Shown here in pieces: positions 18,894 to 31,497 of a DNA stretch of 64,000 bases. The stretch spans positions 1 to 64,000 of the forward strand of contig CAVQRZ010000006.1 of assembly GCA_963715335.1 (NCBI GenBank). Reading direction: 5' to 3'. Each line of letters starts with the position of its first letter. The first letter of the stretch is position 1. The position numbers and the translations under genes were made by a program. The notes beneath the pieces were generated by a model. The model was not told the DNA's origin and ran no database searches. It worked only from the letters and a program-made list of their open reading frames with translations. Origin of the DNA: an uncultured delta proteobacterium (lineage in GTDB: Bacteria > Desulfobacterota > Desulfuromonadia > Desulfuromonadales > BM103).

Positions 18894-20327
18894 ATGCCGA
18901 TCAAACGGATACTGGTGGCGGATGACGAAGAGAGCATCCGCTGGGTTCTGTCCAAGTCACTGAGCAAGCAGGGGTTTCATGTTGACCTGGCCAGCGACGG
19001 CCAGGAGGCCCTGCTGATGAGCAGGAAGCAGAGCTACGATTTGGCCGTTCTCGATATCAAGATGCCGGGCCTCTCCGGCCTGCAGCTGCTCAGCAAATTC
19101 CAGGAAGAATGCCCCCAGGCCCTGGTCATCATCATGACTGCCGAGTCTTCGATGAAAAACGCCGTCGAAGCGATGAAGCGCGGCGCCTACGATTACCTGA
19201 CCAAGCCCTTCGACCTGGACGCCCTTGATGCGATTATCTACAAGGCGCAGAAAGCTGCCGACATCTCTGCCGAAGTCTCCCTCCTCAAGCAGGAGATCAA
19301 GGATCATTACCAGTTGGAGCGCACCATTATCGGCCAGAGCCAGCCGATGCAGCGGACTTACAAAATCCTCGGTAAAATCGCCCCTTCAGATGTGACCGTC
19401 CTGATCTACGGTGAGAGCGGCACGGGCAAGGAGCTGATCGCACGCGCCATTCACTTCAACAGCTCGCGACTGGGCAAGCCGTTCATCGCCCTTAATTGCG
19501 CAGCCATCCCCGGTGAACTTCTGGAGAGCGAGCTCTTCGGCCATGAAAAAGGGGCTTTTACCGGTGCGACAGACAAGAAGATCGGCAAGTTTGAACAGGC
19601 CAAGGACGGCACCCTGTTCCTGGATGAGATCGGCGACATGCCCTTGGAGCTGCAGGCCAAACTGCTGAGAGTCCTGCAGGAGAAAGAGATCACCAGGACC
19701 GGTGGCAACACAACCATTCAGGTCAACACCCGGATTGTTGCGGCAACCAACCAGGATTTAAAGGAAAAGGTCCGCAGCAAGACGTTTCGAGAAGATCTAT
19801 ATTACCGGTTGAATGTTGTCCCGCTGGAGTTGCCGCCCCTGCGCGAGCGTCAGGAGGACATCCCCGAGCTTGTTGACTACTTCCTGACCAAGGCCTCTGA
19901 AGAATACGGCACACCTGCTAACGGTCTGACGAAAGAGGCAATGGACATACTCTGCCATTACGACTGGCCGGGGAATGTGCGAGAACTGGAGAACATCATC
20001 CAGAGAGCAGCCCTGCTCTCTCCCGATGCGATGCTCAACGCAGCAGACTTTCCGGGCCTGGTTTCTGGTCAGGGCAGCGGCGCAAACAAGGCCTCCCTGG
20101 AAGGGTTGATCAACCAGAAGCTGCAAAGCTCTCTGGCACAGATAGACCTGCAGGACATGGACAATCTCTACGAAATGGTTCTCCACCAGATGGAACGCCC
20201 CCTGATCAATATCGTCCTCGAAAAAACCCGCGGCAATCAGGTCAAGGCCGCCGAGGTCCTCGGCATCAACCGGAACACTTTGAGGAAAAAGATTCAGGCC
20301 CTTAATATCACAACCAAGCGCAACTAA
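18894..20327 (+). CDS. ntrC: Sigma54-dependent response regulator, NtrC-like (GnfM-like)
   Basis: REC domain, [14 protein letters not shown] and Fis HTH ([10 protein letters not shown]). Confidence 0.88.
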   Translation: MPIKRILVADDEESIRWVLSKSLSKQGFHVDLASDGQEALLMSRKQSYDLAVLDIKMPGLSGLQLLSKFQEECPQALVIIMTAESSMKNAVEAMKRGAYDYLTKPFDLDALDAIIYKAQKAADISAEVSLLKQEIKDHYQLERTIIGQSQPMQRTYKILGKIAPSDVTVLIYGESGTGKELIARAIHFNSSRLGKPFIALNCAAIPGELLESELFGHEKGAFTGATDKKIGKFEQAKDGTLFLDEIGDMPLELQAKLLRVLQEKEITRTGGNTTIQVNTRIVAATNQDLKEKVRSKTFREDLYYRLNVVPLELPPLRERQEDIPELVDYFLTKASEEYGTPANGLTKEAMDILCHYDWPGNVRELENIIQRAALLSPDAMLNAADFPGLVSGQGSGANKASLEGLINQKLQSSLAQIDLQDMDNLYEMVLHQMERPLINIVLEKTRGNQVKAAEVLGINRNTLRKKIQALNITTKRN

Positions 20328-20333
20328 CCGGAA

Positions 20334-20840
20334 ATGGCTCGGCAAGGAAGAGATCCAGAAATCGCGATTATTGCCGCCATGACCAAGGATCGGGTGATCG
20401 GCCTGGGGGCCAGACTTCCATGGGACCTGCCGGAGGATTTGCAGCAACTCAGGCGGCTGACCACCGGCAACACGGTCATCATGGGTCGCAGGACCTATGA
20501 ATCGATCGGCCACCCCCTGCCGGACAGGAACAATATCGTCCTGAGTCGCTCTTTAAACCGTCTTGCCGGGGTCATGGTCTGCAACAGCTTCATTGCAAGC
20601 GTGGTTGCGGCCAGACAATTCGGACGGCCAGTCTTCATCCTCGGGGGGGTTGAACTATATCGAGAGGCCCTGCCGACCGCCTCTGCGTTGCACATTTCAT
20701 GGGTCAGGGAGGCGTTTGCAGGCAACGTGTACTTTCCGGAATTTGATCTTGCGGACTGGACCGTGGCGGAAGAACAGGACTACCCAGGCTTTCGTTATGT
20801 GAAGTACCTGGTTAAAACCGCCGATAAATCCAGTCGTTGA
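20334..20840 (+). CDS. folA: Dihydrofolate reductase
   Basis: LPWDLPEDL, VIMGRRTYESI, PLPDRNNIVLS and ILGG motifs. Confidence 0.9.
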   Translation: MARQGRDPEIAIIAAMTKDRVIGLGARLPWDLPEDLQQLRRLTTGNTVIMGRRTYESIGHPLPDRNNIVLSRSLNRLAGVMVCNSFIASVVAARQFGRPVFILGGVELYREALPTASALHISWVREAFAGNVYFPEFDLADWTVAEEQDYPGFRYVKYLVKTADKSSR

Positions 20841-20905
20841 TCGCAACAAACTCCTCACGTATGCTGGATTTGTTTTTTCCCTTGCCAGATGGAGTTTCTA
20901 TGAAG

Positions 20906-20940
20906 CATAGGGCAACAGATGGTTTATCTGTTGCCCTATG
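20906..20940. repeat. Palindrome, left of element copy 2
   Basis: CATAGGGCAACAGAT-GGTTT-ATCTGTTGCCCTATG; near-identical inverted copy at 21409-21437. Confidence 0.85.
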
Positions 20941-20965
20941 TCTTTATTCTTAAAAGCTTAAAAGC

Positions 20966-21375
20966 AAAACCGGCGGGTCGCGTCCCGCCCGACGCCATAC
21001 TTTTGTCCGGCAACAAAAGTATGCAAAAGTGCCTTCTCCTTGCGGAGGGCATCTCCTCTGCCGGATTTCTGTGACTTCAAAAACCCTTACTGATGGGGAT
21101 CCGGCCCTATGTCAAAGGGCCTGACCTTGCCGTGTGATTTGCAGGGGAAAGCAAAACAACCTCTAACGACGCAAGCCTCCACAGCAGGAGAGGCTCTCAA
21201 GAGCCTCGGCTCCTGCGGGGGAAGCGCAGGCTTTTGATCGTTTAGAACCATCCGGATTGAGGTCGCCGCTACTCCGAGCCAGACATGCCCAGCGCAGCGC
21301 AGGTCTTTTTCTGCTTACTCTTTTAGGCCAGCAAAAGAGTAAGGCGCAGTCGGGGGGCGCGACCCCCGGGTTTTG
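20966..21375. repeat. ~420-nt structured non-coding repeat element, copy 2 (inverted)
   Basis: Collinear with the reverse complement of 14549-14970; conserved stem blocks separated by diverged linkers. Confidence 0.9.
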
Positions 21376-21408
21376 TTTTTGTCTTTGATTTCCAGAGAAC
21401 AACAGCAA

Positions 21409-21437
21409 AGGGCAACAGATTAACCATCTGTTGCCCT
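21409..21437. repeat. Palindrome, right of element copy 2
   Basis: AGGGCAACAGAT-TAACC-ATCTGTTGCCCT. Confidence 0.85.
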
Positions 21438-21495
21438 CTATCGTTATAGTCTAAAATTTTGTCAGCAGCCTGAAGCCAGCCAACTCTGGCCGGCT

Positions 21496-22884
21496 TTATG
21501 CCGCGTAGTCATCATCCCGTCGGGACTGGCTTTCGAAGCGGGTATACTCGCCGAGGAAGGTCAGCTGCTCGACGCCAAGCGGCCCGTTGCGCTGCTTGCC
21601 AACAATCACCTCGGCACTGCGTTCGTGGCCCTTCTCACAGCTGTTATCACGTTTTTTACAGGCATCACAGTACACCGATTCACGGTACAGAAACATGATG
21701 ACGTCGGCGTCCTGTTCAATCGCCCCGGATTCGCGAAGGTCAGCGAGGATCGGTCGCTTATCGGTACGGCTCTCCAGCGAACGGTTCAACTGCGAGAGCG
21801 CAACAACCGGTACGTTGAGTTCCTTGGCAAGGGCCTTGAGAGAACGGGAGATCTCCGAGATCTCCTGCTGGCGGCTCTCGGGATTGGAGCCCTGCATCAA
21901 CTGCAGATAGTCGACGATGATCATGCCGACCTTCTTTTCCTGCTTCAGGCGGCGGGCCTTGGCGCGCAGTTCAAGGATCGTGATCGCCGGGGTATCATCG
22001 ATATAAATCGGCGCCTCGGCAATAACCCCTGCGGCGGTGACCAGGGCGGGAAATTCCGACTGGGCCAGCTTGCCGTTGCGCACCCGGCTGGCATCGATCC
22101 TGGCAACCGAACAGAGCAAACGCTGAACCAGCTGCTCCTTGCTCATTTCCAGGGAAAAAATTGCTGCCGGAATCGGCGTCTTGGTATGGATTGTCGCATA
22201 CTCCATCAAATTGAGACAGAATGCGGTCTTGCCCATCGACGGACGCCCGGCAATAATGACCAGGTCGCCTCCCTGCAAACCTGAAGTCATATTGTCCAGG
22301 TCAACAAATCCGGTCGGCACGCCGGTAATCTGCTCCTTACGATTAAAGAGGTTTTCAATCGTCTTGATGGTGTCCTTAATGATGTCCTTGGTGGCGAAAA
22401 AAGACGGGCGGGACTTCATGTTGGCGATTTTGAAGATCTCGCTTTCGGCCCAGTCCAGAGAAGCCTCAACCTCTCCGCCTTCATACCCGCGACCGGCGAT
22501 CTCCGTGGCAACCTTGATCAACTCACGGGAGATCGACTTCTCTTTGACCAGCTTGCAGTAGTAAGCGATATTGGCCGCAGTGGGGACGAAATCAACCAGG
22601 GTCGACAGGTAGGAGCTGCCGCCGACTTCCTCAAACGTCCCATGTTCTTTCAACACGGCCGTCAGGGTCACCAGGTCGGCTGGTTCACCACGATCAGAGA
22701 GGGTTATCAGGGCAGTGAAAATCTTGCCGTGGGCAGCCCGGTAGAAGTCCGAAGGGCGCAGATGTTCTAAGGCCCGGTTGAGGGCTTCGTTTTCCAGCAG
22801 AACCCCTCCCAGAACAGACATTTCTGCTTCCAGGTTCTGGGGCGGCAGGCGATGTTCGGTGCGATCTGGCACGTTCGCCCTCAA
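21496..22884 (-). CDS. dnaB: Replicative DNA helicase
   Basis: PPQNLEAE, GRPSMGKT, FSLEMS, IVDYLQL and DLRESGAIEQDAD motifs. Confidence 0.97.
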   Translation of the reverse strand: MRANVPDRTEHRLPPQNLEAEMSVLGGVLLENEALNRALEHLRPSDFYRAAHGKIFTALITLSDRGEPADLVTLTAVLKEHGTFEEVGGSSYLSTLVDFVPTAANIAYYCKLVKEKSISRELIKVATEIAGRGYEGGEVEASLDWAESEIFKIANMKSRPSFFATKDIIKDTIKTIENLFNRKEQITGVPTGFVDLDNMTSGLQGGDLVIIAGRPSMGKTAFCLNLMEYATIHTKTPIPAAIFSLEMSKEQLVQRLLCSVARIDASRVRNGKLAQSEFPALVTAAGVIAEAPIYIDDTPAITILELRAKARRLKQEKKVGMIIVDYLQLMQGSNPESRQQEISEISRSLKALAKELNVPVVALSQLNRSLESRTDKRPILADLRESGAIEQDADVIMFLYRESVYCDACKKRDNSCEKGHERSAEVIVGKQRNGPLGVEQLTFLGEYTRFESQSRRDDDYAA

Positions 22885-22930
22885 TGGAATGGCAGGGGCC
22901 TGAAATCAGGCCCCTGATATCAAGAGTGAT

Positions 22931-23434
22931 TCACTTCTCTTCTGCAGTTACTGCCGGCTCAGCCTTTTTTACAGCTGGGCCAGCCGCTGCATCTTCACTG
23001 GTGACCACCACTTTGACAGTCGCGTTGACGCCAGCGTTCAGCCTGACGTCAATATTGTGCTTGCCAAGGGTTTTGATCGGCTGGTCGAGAAGAATCTTGC
23101 GACGATCGATTTCAACACCCTGGGCAGCCAGCGCATCAGCAATTTCCATGCTGGTGACAGAACCAAACAGCTTGCCCTCTTCACTGGCCTTATGCACAAA
23201 ACTGCACGTCACGGCTTCAATGCGGGCTTTAACATCAGCGGCTTCCTGACTCAGCTTCTCGGCCTTGCGGGTCAGTTGGCGCTTGTGATGCTGAAGTTCA
23301 GTGAGGTTGCGTTCGCTGGCGACAACAGCAAGGCCCTGCGGGACCAGGTAATTGCGGCCATAACCGGGCTTGACCTTGACAACTTCACCAATTGTTCCAA
23401 GGCCTTTAACATTTTCAGTCAGAATGACATCCAT
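22931..23434 (-). CDS. rplI: 50S ribosomal protein L9
   Basis: VKVKPGYGRNYLVPQG and GKLFGSVT motifs. Confidence 0.97.
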   Translation of the reverse strand: MDVILTENVKGLGTIGEVVKVKPGYGRNYLVPQGLAVVASERNLTELQHHKRQLTRKAEKLSQEAADVKARIEAVTCSFVHKASEEGKLFGSVTSMEIADALAAQGVEIDRRKILLDQPIKTLGKHNIDVRLNAGVNATVKVVVTSEDAAAGPAVKKAEPAVTAEEK

Positions 23435-23455
23435 CTTTTTATCCTCCCAAAATCC

Positions 23456-24397
23456 TTATGATTCAGGTTCTCTAGGTTTGCGAAAATCTGCCCACAAGTC
23501 AAACACGCCGATGCCGGTAACCAGCATGGGTAAGGGGTTGACCAGTGTAACCAACAGGTAGCCGATCGTTCTGACGACCGGCGAAAAAGCTTTTCGGCGA
23601 AAAAAACAGTCGATAACCGCCAGTCCCTGCAGAAAATAAACCGGCAACAAAATAACCAGGAGGTTCAGGGCAAAGGTTGCGAGCCATCCGTCTGCAAAAA
23701 CCACAATGAATCCTGACAGGATCAGAACCCAGACCAGTGGCTCGGGGGCTTTCCATTGCGGGAAAGTTTTGCCGGGCAGGGTGTACCTGCCGCGCGCCAG
23801 CAGTGCCAGCAGCAGAACCAGACCAAGGGTCATCAGGCCGGCAACGGTCACCACGATACCGGGATAGGCCCTTTGCAGAAATGCCGCCATGTTTTCGACA
23901 GCCTGCGCAATCTCTTTTCTCTGTGCTGCAGGCAGGTCAGTCCCGGCGAACATCTCCTGCATTACCGTCGAGGTCTGGGTGATCTCTTTATCGATCAAAC
24001 CACCAGTCATGGCGAGTGGAGACTCGCCTGCCGCGACCGAGAAGATCAGAATCCCCGCAAGACTCGCAACAGTCATGGTCCAGATGACCACAACCACGGC
24101 CTTGTCCCAGGCCATGCCACGATTCATCAACCATGGCAAGACAGCCCCCGGGATGCCAAACTGGAACAGATACATCGCCCCTTGCGTCGGGCCTCCGGTC
24201 AGGAGGACAAGCAGCAGGGTCAGCGCGACCGTCATGCCAGCAGATGCTGACCCGCAGCGCATACCGACAAAAGCTGCCGGCAGGGGCGTAAACAGGTTGA
24301 CAATTACTGCAGCAAAACCGAACGCTGCGTATGTACCGAACAATCCATACCCGGCCAGCGCACCGAGTACAATGTATAGTCCCCGCTGCATAGTCAT
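23456..24397 (-). CDS. DUF2232/YybS membrane protein
   Basis: Multi-TM protein with QGLAV and GVFDLWADFRK; sits between rpsR and rplI. Confidence 0.85.
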   Translation of the reverse strand: MTMQRGLYIVLGALAGYGLFGTYAAFGFAAVIVNLFTPLPAAFVGMRCGSASAGMTVALTLLLVLLTGGPTQGAMYLFQFGIPGAVLPWLMNRGMAWDKAVVVVIWTMTVASLAGILIFSVAAGESPLAMTGGLIDKEITQTSTVMQEMFAGTDLPAAQRKEIAQAVENMAAFLQRAYPGIVVTVAGLMTLGLVLLLALLARGRYTLPGKTFPQWKAPEPLVWVLILSGFIVVFADGWLATFALNLLVILLPVYFLQGLAVIDCFFRRKAFSPVVRTIGYLLVTLVNPLPMLVTGIGVFDLWADFRKPREPES

Positions 24398-24413
24398 CGT
24401 CTGGCTGTTGAGC

Positions 24414-24689
24414 TTAACTTCTCTCGAGAGAGTGGCCCGCGGTAAAAGGCAGCAGTGCGATATTGCGGGCGCGCTTGATCGCTTCGGTCAGCTTTCTTTG
24501 ATGATCCGCACAGGTACCGGAAATCCGTCGCGGGGTAATCTTGCCGCGCTCGGAAATGAAGTACCGCAGAGAACGGATGTCCTTGTAATCGATTGTGGCC
24601 TTCTTGTCAGCACAGAAACGGCAAACCTTGCGACGGCCATAACGCCGACGGGGGCCACCACTGGTACGATTTCCATCACCATATGCCAT
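24414..24689 (-). CDS. rpsR: 30S ribosomal protein S18 (Zn-binding C+ form)
   Basis: [28 protein letters not shown] motifs. Confidence 0.97.
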   Translation of the reverse strand: MAYGDGNRTSGGPRRRYGRRKVCRFCADKKATIDYKDIRSLRYFISERGKITPRRISGTCADHQRKLTEAIKRARNIALLPFTAGHSLERS

Positions 24690-24730
24690 GATTATTTCTC
24701 CTTCTTCATCGTCGTCAATTGATTCGAGAC

Positions 24731-25153
24731 TCAGGCTTCTTCTGTGGTCTCTTCGGCGTCAGTCCCGTTTGCAGCAGCCGGCTCTTCAGTTGCCTCGGCA
24801 GTCTCTTCCGCGTCTGCTTCGACAGCCTTTTCCGCTTCGACCTCGGCAACAACAGGAGCCTGGTAACCGTTTTCCAGTAGAATAGTCTGGAATTTGATCA
24901 CCATTTCGTCGATGCGCATACGACGCTCGAACTCCGCGATTACGGTCGGCTCAGCATTGAAGATCACCAGGACATAACAGCCCTTGGACTGTTTTTTGAC
25001 CTGATAGGCCAGGGTTCTGATACCCCAGTTTTCGACCTTAAGGATTTCCGCACCGCGATCCGACAAAATGGTCTTGTATTTGTCGATGACCGCGAGCTGG
25101 TCGTCCCCGACAACTTCCGGGTGTACGATGAAGATTGATTCGTAGGTTCTCAT
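24731..25153 (-). CDS. rpsF: 30S ribosomal protein S6
   Basis: [20 protein letters not shown] and acidic tail; RBS GAGGAG. Confidence 0.96.
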   Translation of the reverse strand: MRTYESIFIVHPEVVGDDQLAVIDKYKTILSDRGAEILKVENWGIRTLAYQVKKQSKGCYVLVIFNAEPTVIAEFERRMRIDEMVIKFQTILLENGYQAPVVAEVEAEKAVEADAEETAEATEEPAAANGTDAEETTEEA

Positions 25154-25157
25154 AAAA

Positions 25158-25205
25158 AACTCCTCTTGAGTTATTAGCCCCGCTTGGCGGAGCAAGGAGC
25201 GGAAG
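25158..25205 (-). promoter_or_regulatory. Probable S6:S18-type autoregulatory leader
   Basis: CTCCTT..[GCTCCGC-CAA-GCGGGGC]..AAGAGGAG; the outer stem sequesters the RBS. The canonical CCR motif is not clearly present. Confidence 0.5.
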
Positions 25206-25286
25206 CACCCAATATGCTCCCGTCGAAAGAACTTTGTTTTCTACCACACACTTAAGCGCGAGGCAATGGAAAAACTCTTATAAGGT

Positions 25287-25383
25287 AGTATCCAGAATCA
25301 AGTATCCAGTATCAAGAATAAACAACTAGGCCATAGATTTTGGTTTTGTACTGAATTCTGGATTCTGGCTACTGAATTCCTGC
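25287..25383. repeat. Inverted pair of heptanucleotide repeat tracts
   Basis: AGTATCC/AGAATCA-type x5, spacer, then TACTGAA/TTCTGGA/TTCTGGC x5. Confidence 0.75.
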
Positions 25384-25498
25384 CCTAAACATTAAACCGA
25401 AAATGCGTCGCGTTGAAGATTAGGTGACTTCCTGTCTGAACAAACAGATCACCGGTTACGGATTATGGGCACGGTTTAGATTGTTCCAAATCATAAAA

Positions 25499-25529
25499 AC
25501 GATAGCCGGGGCATCGCCCCGGCTATCGT
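25499..25529 (-). terminator. Hairpin terminator of hppA
   Basis: ACGATAGCCGGGG-loop-CCCCGGCTATCGT with a T tract on the minus strand. Confidence 0.7.
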
Positions 25530-25553
25530 CGTCTCTACCTATTTATCTCCGGC

Positions 25554-27563
<2,010 letters not shown>

Positions 27564-27598
27564 GTCTTTCTCCCTTTAACCTTTCTTGCGTGTTTACT

Positions 27599-28174
27599 TC
27601 AAGTCAACAGATCACGATTGTTATAAAGGTTCATGGCTGCCTGCGGCCCCTCCTGTACAAGCACCTCAAGGGCAGCAGCAGCCTTGGCCAAATATTCGTT
27701 GAGTTGCTCTCGTTCGGCGGTGGTGAAGCCGCTTAAAACATATCTTGAGACATCGCCGCCCGCCGGTGGTCGTCCGACCCCCATTCGCAGCCGATTATAC
27801 TCTGTCGCGCCAAGAGCCCCGACGATGCTGCGCAGCCCATTATGGCCGCCATGGCCACCACCGACCTTGATTCGCAGCGTTCCAAAATCCAGGTCGATTT
27901 CATCGTGGACCACAACCAAATCCCCCGGCTCAACATCGAGGGATTGACAGGCGGAAGCAACACTTGCGCCACTACGATTCATATATGTCTGCGGCAACAG
28001 GATGGTTGCCTCTGTGCCGGCCACCCGCCCTACACCATAGAGACCCTGGTGACCTTTACGTTTCAGAGAGATCCCGTTTCTCTCAGCAAGGCAGACCGTG
28101 GCCATAGAGCCTATATTGTGGCGCGTTGCGGCATATTCCGGGCCCGGGTTGCCCAACCCGACAATCAGTTTCAA
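27599..28174 (-). CDS. pth: Peptidyl-tRNA hydrolase
   Basis: GLGNPG, TRHNIG, TYMNRSG and GGHNGLRSI motifs. Confidence 0.97.
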   Translation of the reverse strand: MKLIVGLGNPGPEYAATRHNIGSMATVCLAERNGISLKRKGHQGLYGVGRVAGTEATILLPQTYMNRSGASVASACQSLDVEPGDLVVVHDEIDLDFGTLRIKVGGGHGGHNGLRSIVGALGATEYNRLRMGVGRPPAGGDVSRYVLSGFTTAEREQLNEYLAKAAAALEVLVQEGPQAAMNLYNNRDLLT

Positions 28175-28188
28175 AAGAAACCTCGACC

Positions 28189-28848
28189 TTACGCTTCTTC
28201 AGCTTCCTCAGATTCCTCTTCGTCCGCTTCATCTTCAGCAACAACACCTTCGAGAGCCTCATCTTCTTCGGTCTCTTCGACTTCTTCAGCGATACGGCCG
28301 ACAATCGTCAGAACCGTGAAGTTGACGTCGTGTTGGGACTCGACACCTTCCGGAAGGGTTACTTCGTCAATATGCACAGCGTCACCGACTTCCAGCTCCT
28401 CGACATTGATTTCAATCGACGTCGGGATATTGGTCGGCAGGCAGAGAAGCTCAAGTTCATGACGAACCAGCTGCAGCGTGCCGCCTTCCTTTTCGCCTTT
28501 GGACTTGCCCCGGGGGCTGACCGGAACCATGAAGGTTATTTTCTTTTTCAGGTCAAGAGCGTAGAAGTCGACATGTTTGGGCTCACGACGGATAGCATCG
28601 ATCTGCATATCCTTGAGGACCACGACCTTGCCGTCAAACGGTCCATCGCCTTTCAAGGTGATCAGGGTGTTCCAACCTGCTTCGGTGGCAACTGCCTGCT
28701 GCAGGGCTTTCGGGTCAACACGAAGATTAGACGGTTCAATCCCCTTGCCATACACCACGGCCGGCACCAGGCCGTCAGCACGGACTTTGCGGGAGCCGCC
28801 CTTGCCGATGCGAACCCGCGATTCAACGTTCAGTACCGATTTGGCCAT
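28189..28848 (-). CDS. rplY: 50S ribosomal protein L25/Ctc
   Basis: GLVPAVVYG and HVDFY motifs, Ctc C-terminal domain, acidic tail. Confidence 0.95.
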   Translation of the reverse strand: MAKSVLNVESRVRIGKGGSRKVRADGLVPAVVYGKGIEPSNLRVDPKALQQAVATEAGWNTLITLKGDGPFDGKVVVLKDMQIDAIRREPKHVDFYALDLKKKITFMVPVSPRGKSKGEKEGGTLQLVRHELELLCLPTNIPTSIEINVEELEVGDAVHIDEVTLPEGVESQHDVNFTVLTIVGRIAEEVEETEEDEALEGVVAEDEADEEESEEAEEA

Positions 28849-28905
28849 TTATCTGTTCCTCCATCCTTAAAGCTTCTTGAGTTTATTGTCTAAATGTCCG
28901 CCCGC

Positions 28906-29847
28906 TCAAACAAAGAGCGAGCTGACCGATTCGTCACCATGAATACGACGGATAGCCTCCGCCAACAGTTTTGCCACGGAAATAATCCGCAGGGGTGGAC
29001 ATTTCCTGACTTTCTCCTCGGCAGGAATCGTGTTACTGATCAGGACTTCCTTGAGGGAGCTTTCGTTGATACGCTCCAGCGCCGGGCCGGACAGGACTCC
29101 GTGAGTTGCCGTAGCATAGACGTCGCCGGCCCCGTGGGCCTTGAGTGCCGCCGCCGCCTGGCACAGGGTCCCGGCCGTATCGATCATGTCATCGACAATG
29201 ATGCAGGTCTTGCCGTCGACATCTCCGATGATATGCATGACCTCTGAGATGTTTGCCGCACTGCGACGCTTGTCGATAATCGCCAGCCCTGCATTCAGGC
29301 GCTTGGCGAAGGCCCGCGCGCGTTCAGTTCCCCCGGCATCCGGAGAGACAACGACCATTTCACCCGAAAAACGGGGTTTGATGTCATCGAGAACCACCGG
29401 GGCCGCGTAAAGATGATCCACCGGGATATTGAAGAACCCCTGGATCTGTCCGGCGTGCAGGTCGACGCAAAGGACGCGCTGGGCACCGGCCGTCGTAATC
29501 AAATCGGCAACCAGCTTGCTGGTAATCGGGGTCCGCGGCGCGACCTTGCGATCCTGTCTGGCATAGCCGAAATACGGGATAACCGCAGTGATGCGGGCAG
29601 CCGAAGCACGCTTGAGCGCATCGATCATGACCAGAAGTTCCATCAGGTTCTGGTTGGCAGGCTGACAGGTCGGCTGCACAATGAAAACGTCCCGACCGCG
29701 GACATTCTCGTTGATTTCAACCATTATTTCGCCATCGGAAAAAGTCCTGACACTGGCCTTGGCCAGAGGCACGGAGAGATAATCGCAAATTTCCTGAGCC
29801 AATGCAGGGTTTGCGTTACCGGTAAAAATCTTCAGTTCCTTGAGCAC
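28906..29847 (-). CDS. prs: Ribose-phosphate pyrophosphokinase
   Basis: [23 protein letters not shown] and [10 protein letters not shown] motifs. Confidence 0.97.
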   Translation of the reverse strand: MLKELKIFTGNANPALAQEICDYLSVPLAKASVRTFSDGEIMVEINENVRGRDVFIVQPTCQPANQNLMELLVMIDALKRASAARITAVIPYFGYARQDRKVAPRTPITSKLVADLITTAGAQRVLCVDLHAGQIQGFFNIPVDHLYAAPVVLDDIKPRFSGEMVVVSPDAGGTERARAFAKRLNAGLAIIDKRRSAANISEVMHIIGDVDGKTCIIVDDMIDTAGTLCQAAAALKAHGAGDVYATATHGVLSGPALERINESSLKEVLISNTIPAEEKVRKCPPLRIISVAKLLAEAIRRIHGDESVSSLFV

Positions 29848-29957
29848 ATTATCACCTTGCGGGAAACATCAGACCATGGTTTGCCCTGATCTGCATAACA
29901 TCTCTTAAATCTTTAACGTCTGACGCCATTCACGGCTCGTCAATAAGCATGTTTATG

Positions 29958-30032
29958 TGGCAGGGGCGCCAGGATTCGAACCTGGGAATGCCGGAATCAA
30001 AATCCGGTGCCTTACCGCTTGGCGACGCCCCT
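29958..30032 (-). tRNA. tRNA-Gln (TTG)
   Basis: AGGGGCG...CCGGA-TTTTGAT-TCCGG...GGTTCGAATCC...CGCCCCTGCCA, 75 nt. Confidence 0.96.
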
Positions 30033-30058
30033 GTGCTAAAAGTATTTCCCAAATCGAT

Positions 30059-30904
30059 TCACAGCGGGCTGACAACCTCAACCCACCAGTCGTTTTCCCC
30101 GGAGAGGGCTCTCGCCGCCCGTTCGGCACTGCTGCGCTCTGCAAACAGGCCAAACACGGTAGGCCCGCTGCCGGACATGAGCGCTCCTTCTGCTCCACTC
30201 GCAAGTAGACGTTCCTTGATAGTCGTGATCACGGGATGGCGTTGGCAGGTGACTACTTCAAGATCGTTATGCAGCAGGCGCACTAAAGCACTCATTCCCT
30301 GGGGAAACTTCGGAATTCTAGCGATTGGCCTGTGGTGTGTCAACCACAAATTTTGAAAAACCCACGCGGTCGAAACGGCAACCCGGGGGTTGACCAGGAC
30401 CAGCCATACCGGTGGCAATCCCGGCCAGGCGGCAAACCGGTCACCGACCCCGGTTGCCCAGGCTGTTCGCTTGTAGAGGAAGAAGGGGACATCCGCCCCT
30501 AAACGCCGCCCAAGCGCCATCAATTCGGCGCGCGGCAATCCAGTGCCAAGGATGTCATCAAGAGTCTCCAGGACGGCAGCCGCATCAGATGACCCTCCTC
30601 CCATGCCCGCCGCAGAGGGGATATTCTTTGTAACGGCAACGGACACCCCCTGCTTCAAATTGACATGCTGCAGGAACAACCGTACCGATTTTTCAACAAT
30701 ATTCTTCTCACCGTCAGCCAGTTCGAGGCCGGGGCACTCGACGGTAATATCATGACCGCCAACCAGTTCAATATCCAACCGGTCATAAAGGGCGACCCGC
30801 TGCATAAGCATCGCAAGTTCGTGATAGCCATCCTCACGCTTACCAAGAACGTGCAGGCAAAGATTAACCTTGGCCGGCGCAAGCACCGTTTTCGATCGAT
30901 TCAT
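30059..30904 (-). CDS. ispE: 4-diphosphocytidyl-2-C-methyl-D-erythritol kinase
   Basis: APAKVNL, GMGGGSSDAA, LGADVPFF and MSGSGPTVF motifs. Confidence 0.96.
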   Translation of the reverse strand: MNRSKTVLAPAKVNLCLHVLGKREDGYHELAMLMQRVALYDRLDIELVGGHDITVECPGLELADGEKNIVEKSVRLFLQHVNLKQGVSVAVTKNIPSAAGMGGGSSDAAAVLETLDDILGTGLPRAELMALGRRLGADVPFFLYKRTAWATGVGDRFAAWPGLPPVWLVLVNPRVAVSTAWVFQNLWLTHHRPIARIPKFPQGMSALVRLLHNDLEVVTCQRHPVITTIKERLLASGAEGALMSGSGPTVFGLFAERSSAERAARALSGENDWWVEVVSPL

Positions 30905-31481
30905 AACTGTACCGGTTCACCGATTACTATGCAGACGAGTTGCATCATAACGACGAATTCGCTCTCATCGTCAAGCAGAAACATGACATTACAACCCGCA
31001 CGACCACTGGCTGGACGACTCGCCCTGGTCCGGGACCTTTTCCGCTGTTACAAATGGACATGACAACTGTTGTTCTAAAGACATAACCTGCCTCGCAAGA
31101 GGTGGCCGTTTTCAGCCATATCGAATCATTTTTGGCCATCTGCCGCCGTATCTCCGCAACCCTCTCCGGCAAATCTGGCGACAACGACATGAATCAAATG
31201 GTTTTTTATTTATCGCCCCCGGCAATCACCTTGGCGAACGCGACCGAGAATCGCCGAGGATGGCAATAAATATCTATTTATTTTAGTGGCTTACGTTCCT
31301 TGGATGACTATCCTTCCGGGATGGATTCAGTCGGGTTAGCGCGAATCTGCTTGCAGTCTTTGCTCGCCATCGGCAACAGGCTAGAAAAATATAATCATAT
31401 TGTCGCGTCGCAAGCAAACCACTGTCTTATCGGGCAATTCTACCCATTCGATTGTATGTTCAAAATTCCGTTCTATAACCA

Positions 31482-31497
31482 TGGCATCGTATTTGCT
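31482..31497 (+). promoter_or_regulatory. Sigma54 promoter of the dctPQM operon
   Basis: TGGCATC-GTAT-TTGCT. Confidence 0.7.

Noticed and set aside
21163..21408. 81-aa ORF inside the repeat element
   Set aside because: No equivalent ORF is listed for copy 1, and there is no RBS or known motif; the element appears non-coding.
29958..30032. tRNA-Gln (or the Met tRNAs) as an integration site
   Set aside because: No integrase or duplicated tRNA 3' end seen; the flanks are conserved housekeeping genes.
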